Part shown: positions 62,773 to 64,000 of the stretch, piece by piece
Layout of the letters: every line of letters starts with the position of its first letter
Numbering within the stretch: the stretch's first letter is position 1
DNA from: an uncultured Actinomycetota bacterium
Lineage (GTDB): Bacteria > Actinomycetota > Actinomycetes > Mycobacteriales > Mycobacteriaceae
Reading direction: 5' to 3'
Assembly: GCA_963793055.1 (NCBI GenBank)
Contig: CAWBYS010000018.1
Coordinates: 5,794-69,793 of the forward strand
DNA length: 64,000 nucleotides
Translations under genes and position numbers: made by a program
The notes under the pieces: model-generated
Told to the model about the DNA's origin: nothing
Seen by the model: the letters and a program-made list of their open reading frames with translations, nothing else
Database searches by the model: none

Positions 62773-63612
62773 ATGTGGCGATTGCGGGTGGTGCACTCGA
62801 CGGGCTACGCCTACAAGTCACCGGTGACGGCGTCATTCAATGAGGCCCGGTTGACGCCGCGGTCGGATTCCCGGCAGAACGTCATCCTCAATCGCGTCGA
62901 AACCGTTCCCGCAACCCGCAACTACCGCTACGTCGACTATTGGGGAACCGCCGTGACGGCGTTCGACCTTCACGCCCCGCACACCGAGCTGGAGGTCACG
63001 TCATCCTCGGTGGTGGAAACAGATCGGGGAGAGATGCCGGAGGAGGACGCCAGCTGGGACGACCTGCGGAGCGAGGCGGTGGTGGACAGATTCGACGAAA
63101 TGCTCAGTGCCACGCACTACACCCCGGCCAGCAAGCGGATCGCTCGGGTGGGGCAGCGCATCACCAAGGACCACGACCCGCGCGAGGCCGTGACCGCCGC
63201 GGCGAACTGGGTGCACAGTGAGCTCGAGTACGTGCCGGGTACCACCGGTGTGCACTCGTCGGGACTCGATGCGCTTCGCGAGGGCAAAGGCGTCTGCCAG
63301 GATTTCGCACACCTCACGCTGATCCTGTTGCGCAGCATGGGAATTCCGGCCGGGTATGTGTCGGGGTACCTGCATCCGAACAAGAAGGCGACCATCGGCG
63401 ACACGATCGACGGACAGAGTCACGCCTGGGTGCAGGCATGGACCGGCGGTTGGTGGAACTTCGACCCGACCAACGACGCCGACATCAATGAGCAGTACAT
63501 CAGCGTCGGCGTCGGCCGCGACTATTCAGATGTCAGCCCGCTCAAGGGCATCTATTCCGGCGAAGACTCGACAGATCTCGACGTCGTTGTCGAGATCACC
63601 CGGTTGGCGTAG
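62773..63612 (+). CDS. Transglutaminase-family protein (Rv2409c-like)
   Basis: GVCQDFAH, YVSGYL, SHAWV, FDPTN, GRDYSDVSP. Confidence 0.95.
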   Translation: MWRLRVVHSTGYAYKSPVTASFNEARLTPRSDSRQNVILNRVETVPATRNYRYVDYWGTAVTAFDLHAPHTELEVTSSSVVETDRGEMPEEDASWDDLRSEAVVDRFDEMLSATHYTPASKRIARVGQRITKDHDPREAVTAAANWVHSELEYVPGTTGVHSSGLDALREGKGVCQDFAHLTLILLRSMGIPAGYVSGYLHPNKKATIGDTIDGQSHAWVQAWTGGWWNFDPTNDADINEQYISVGVGRDYSDVSPLKGIYSGEDSTDLDVVVEITRLA

Positions 63613-63623
63613 CCCGCCCGCAG

Positions 63624-63971
63624 TCACGTCCCGAGCGTGCGCTGAATGTCGCCCTTCATCGCAGCCAACTGCGAACCCCAGTAACCCCATCCGTGGGTGC
63701 CGGTGGGCGGGAAGTTGAACGTGCCGTTGCGGCCGCCCGCCGCCGTGTACTGCTTCTGAAAATTCTTGTTGCTGTCGAGGGTGATGGTCTCGAGGATCTG
63801 CGCGGCGAGATGCCTTTGTTCGCCGAAAGGTAGGCATTGAGCGCCCTGTAGATTCCCCGTCGCAGATCCGGCAAACGTCACGCCGGCATGGTCATACTTC
63901 GGTTACCGATCGCGGCCGCACGGTTCGCTAGCTGCGACTGCGGCCAAGCGTGCGAAAGCCCGGATGGACAT
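63624..63971 (-). pseudogene. Antigen 85 / mycolyltransferase-family relic
   Basis: Possible signal-like start MSIRAFARLAAVAA, mid patch AYLSANKGISP, C-term AQILETITLDSNKNFQKQYTAAGGRNGTFNFPPTGTHGWGYWGSQLAAMKGDIQ; catalytic GxSxG region absent. Confidence 0.8.
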
Positions 63972-64000
63972 GCGGCGTGAGGCCTTGGCGCTCGGCGATT

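Overview
High-GC actinobacterial DNA in two very different parts. (1) ~11,145-64,000 is a coherent Mycobacterium/Mycolicibacterium chromosome segment collinear with the M. tuberculosis Rv2455c-Rv2409c region. It runs korA(3' end only)-korB-mobA, two tandem Rpf genes, Rv2449c-like, valS-folC-Rv2446c-ndk-rne-rplU-rpmA-obgE-proB, sirtuin, HspX-like, nadE, CmtR metal operon, rbsK, proA-MoxR-VWA, nadD-rsfS-gpgP-octT-degV, comEA-comEC-holA, rpsT, then the circularly permuted ATP-grasp/alpha-E/transglutaminase operon. Small accessory blocks and three internally deleted pseudogenes are interspersed. (2) 1-~11,145 is a patchwork of short non-mycobacterial-looking pieces: ABC solute-binding protein, GT4 + debranching-type hydrolase, a complete IS481-family element, a secreted orphan, a PAS-GGDEF sensor and MerR/ABC fragments. 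Genes are cut mid-domain at the joins and carry several frameshifts, so this part is most likely chimeric or low-quality sequence and its gene neighbourhoods should not be read as biology. I see no rRNA, tRNA, CRISPR array, prophage or defence island, and no clearly new multi-gene system. The best leads are: a long structured leader and phased repeats upstream of the first rpf gene; an intact LexA+PafBC promoter in front of a gutted DUF222 gene; two copies of a repeat encoding a coupled MSACAKR mini-ORF; stop codons doubling as -10 boxes; an orphan Trp/Cys-rich protein; and the still uncharacterised ATP-grasp/alpha-E/transglutaminase operon. All family assignments come from motif recognition by eye; no database search was run.
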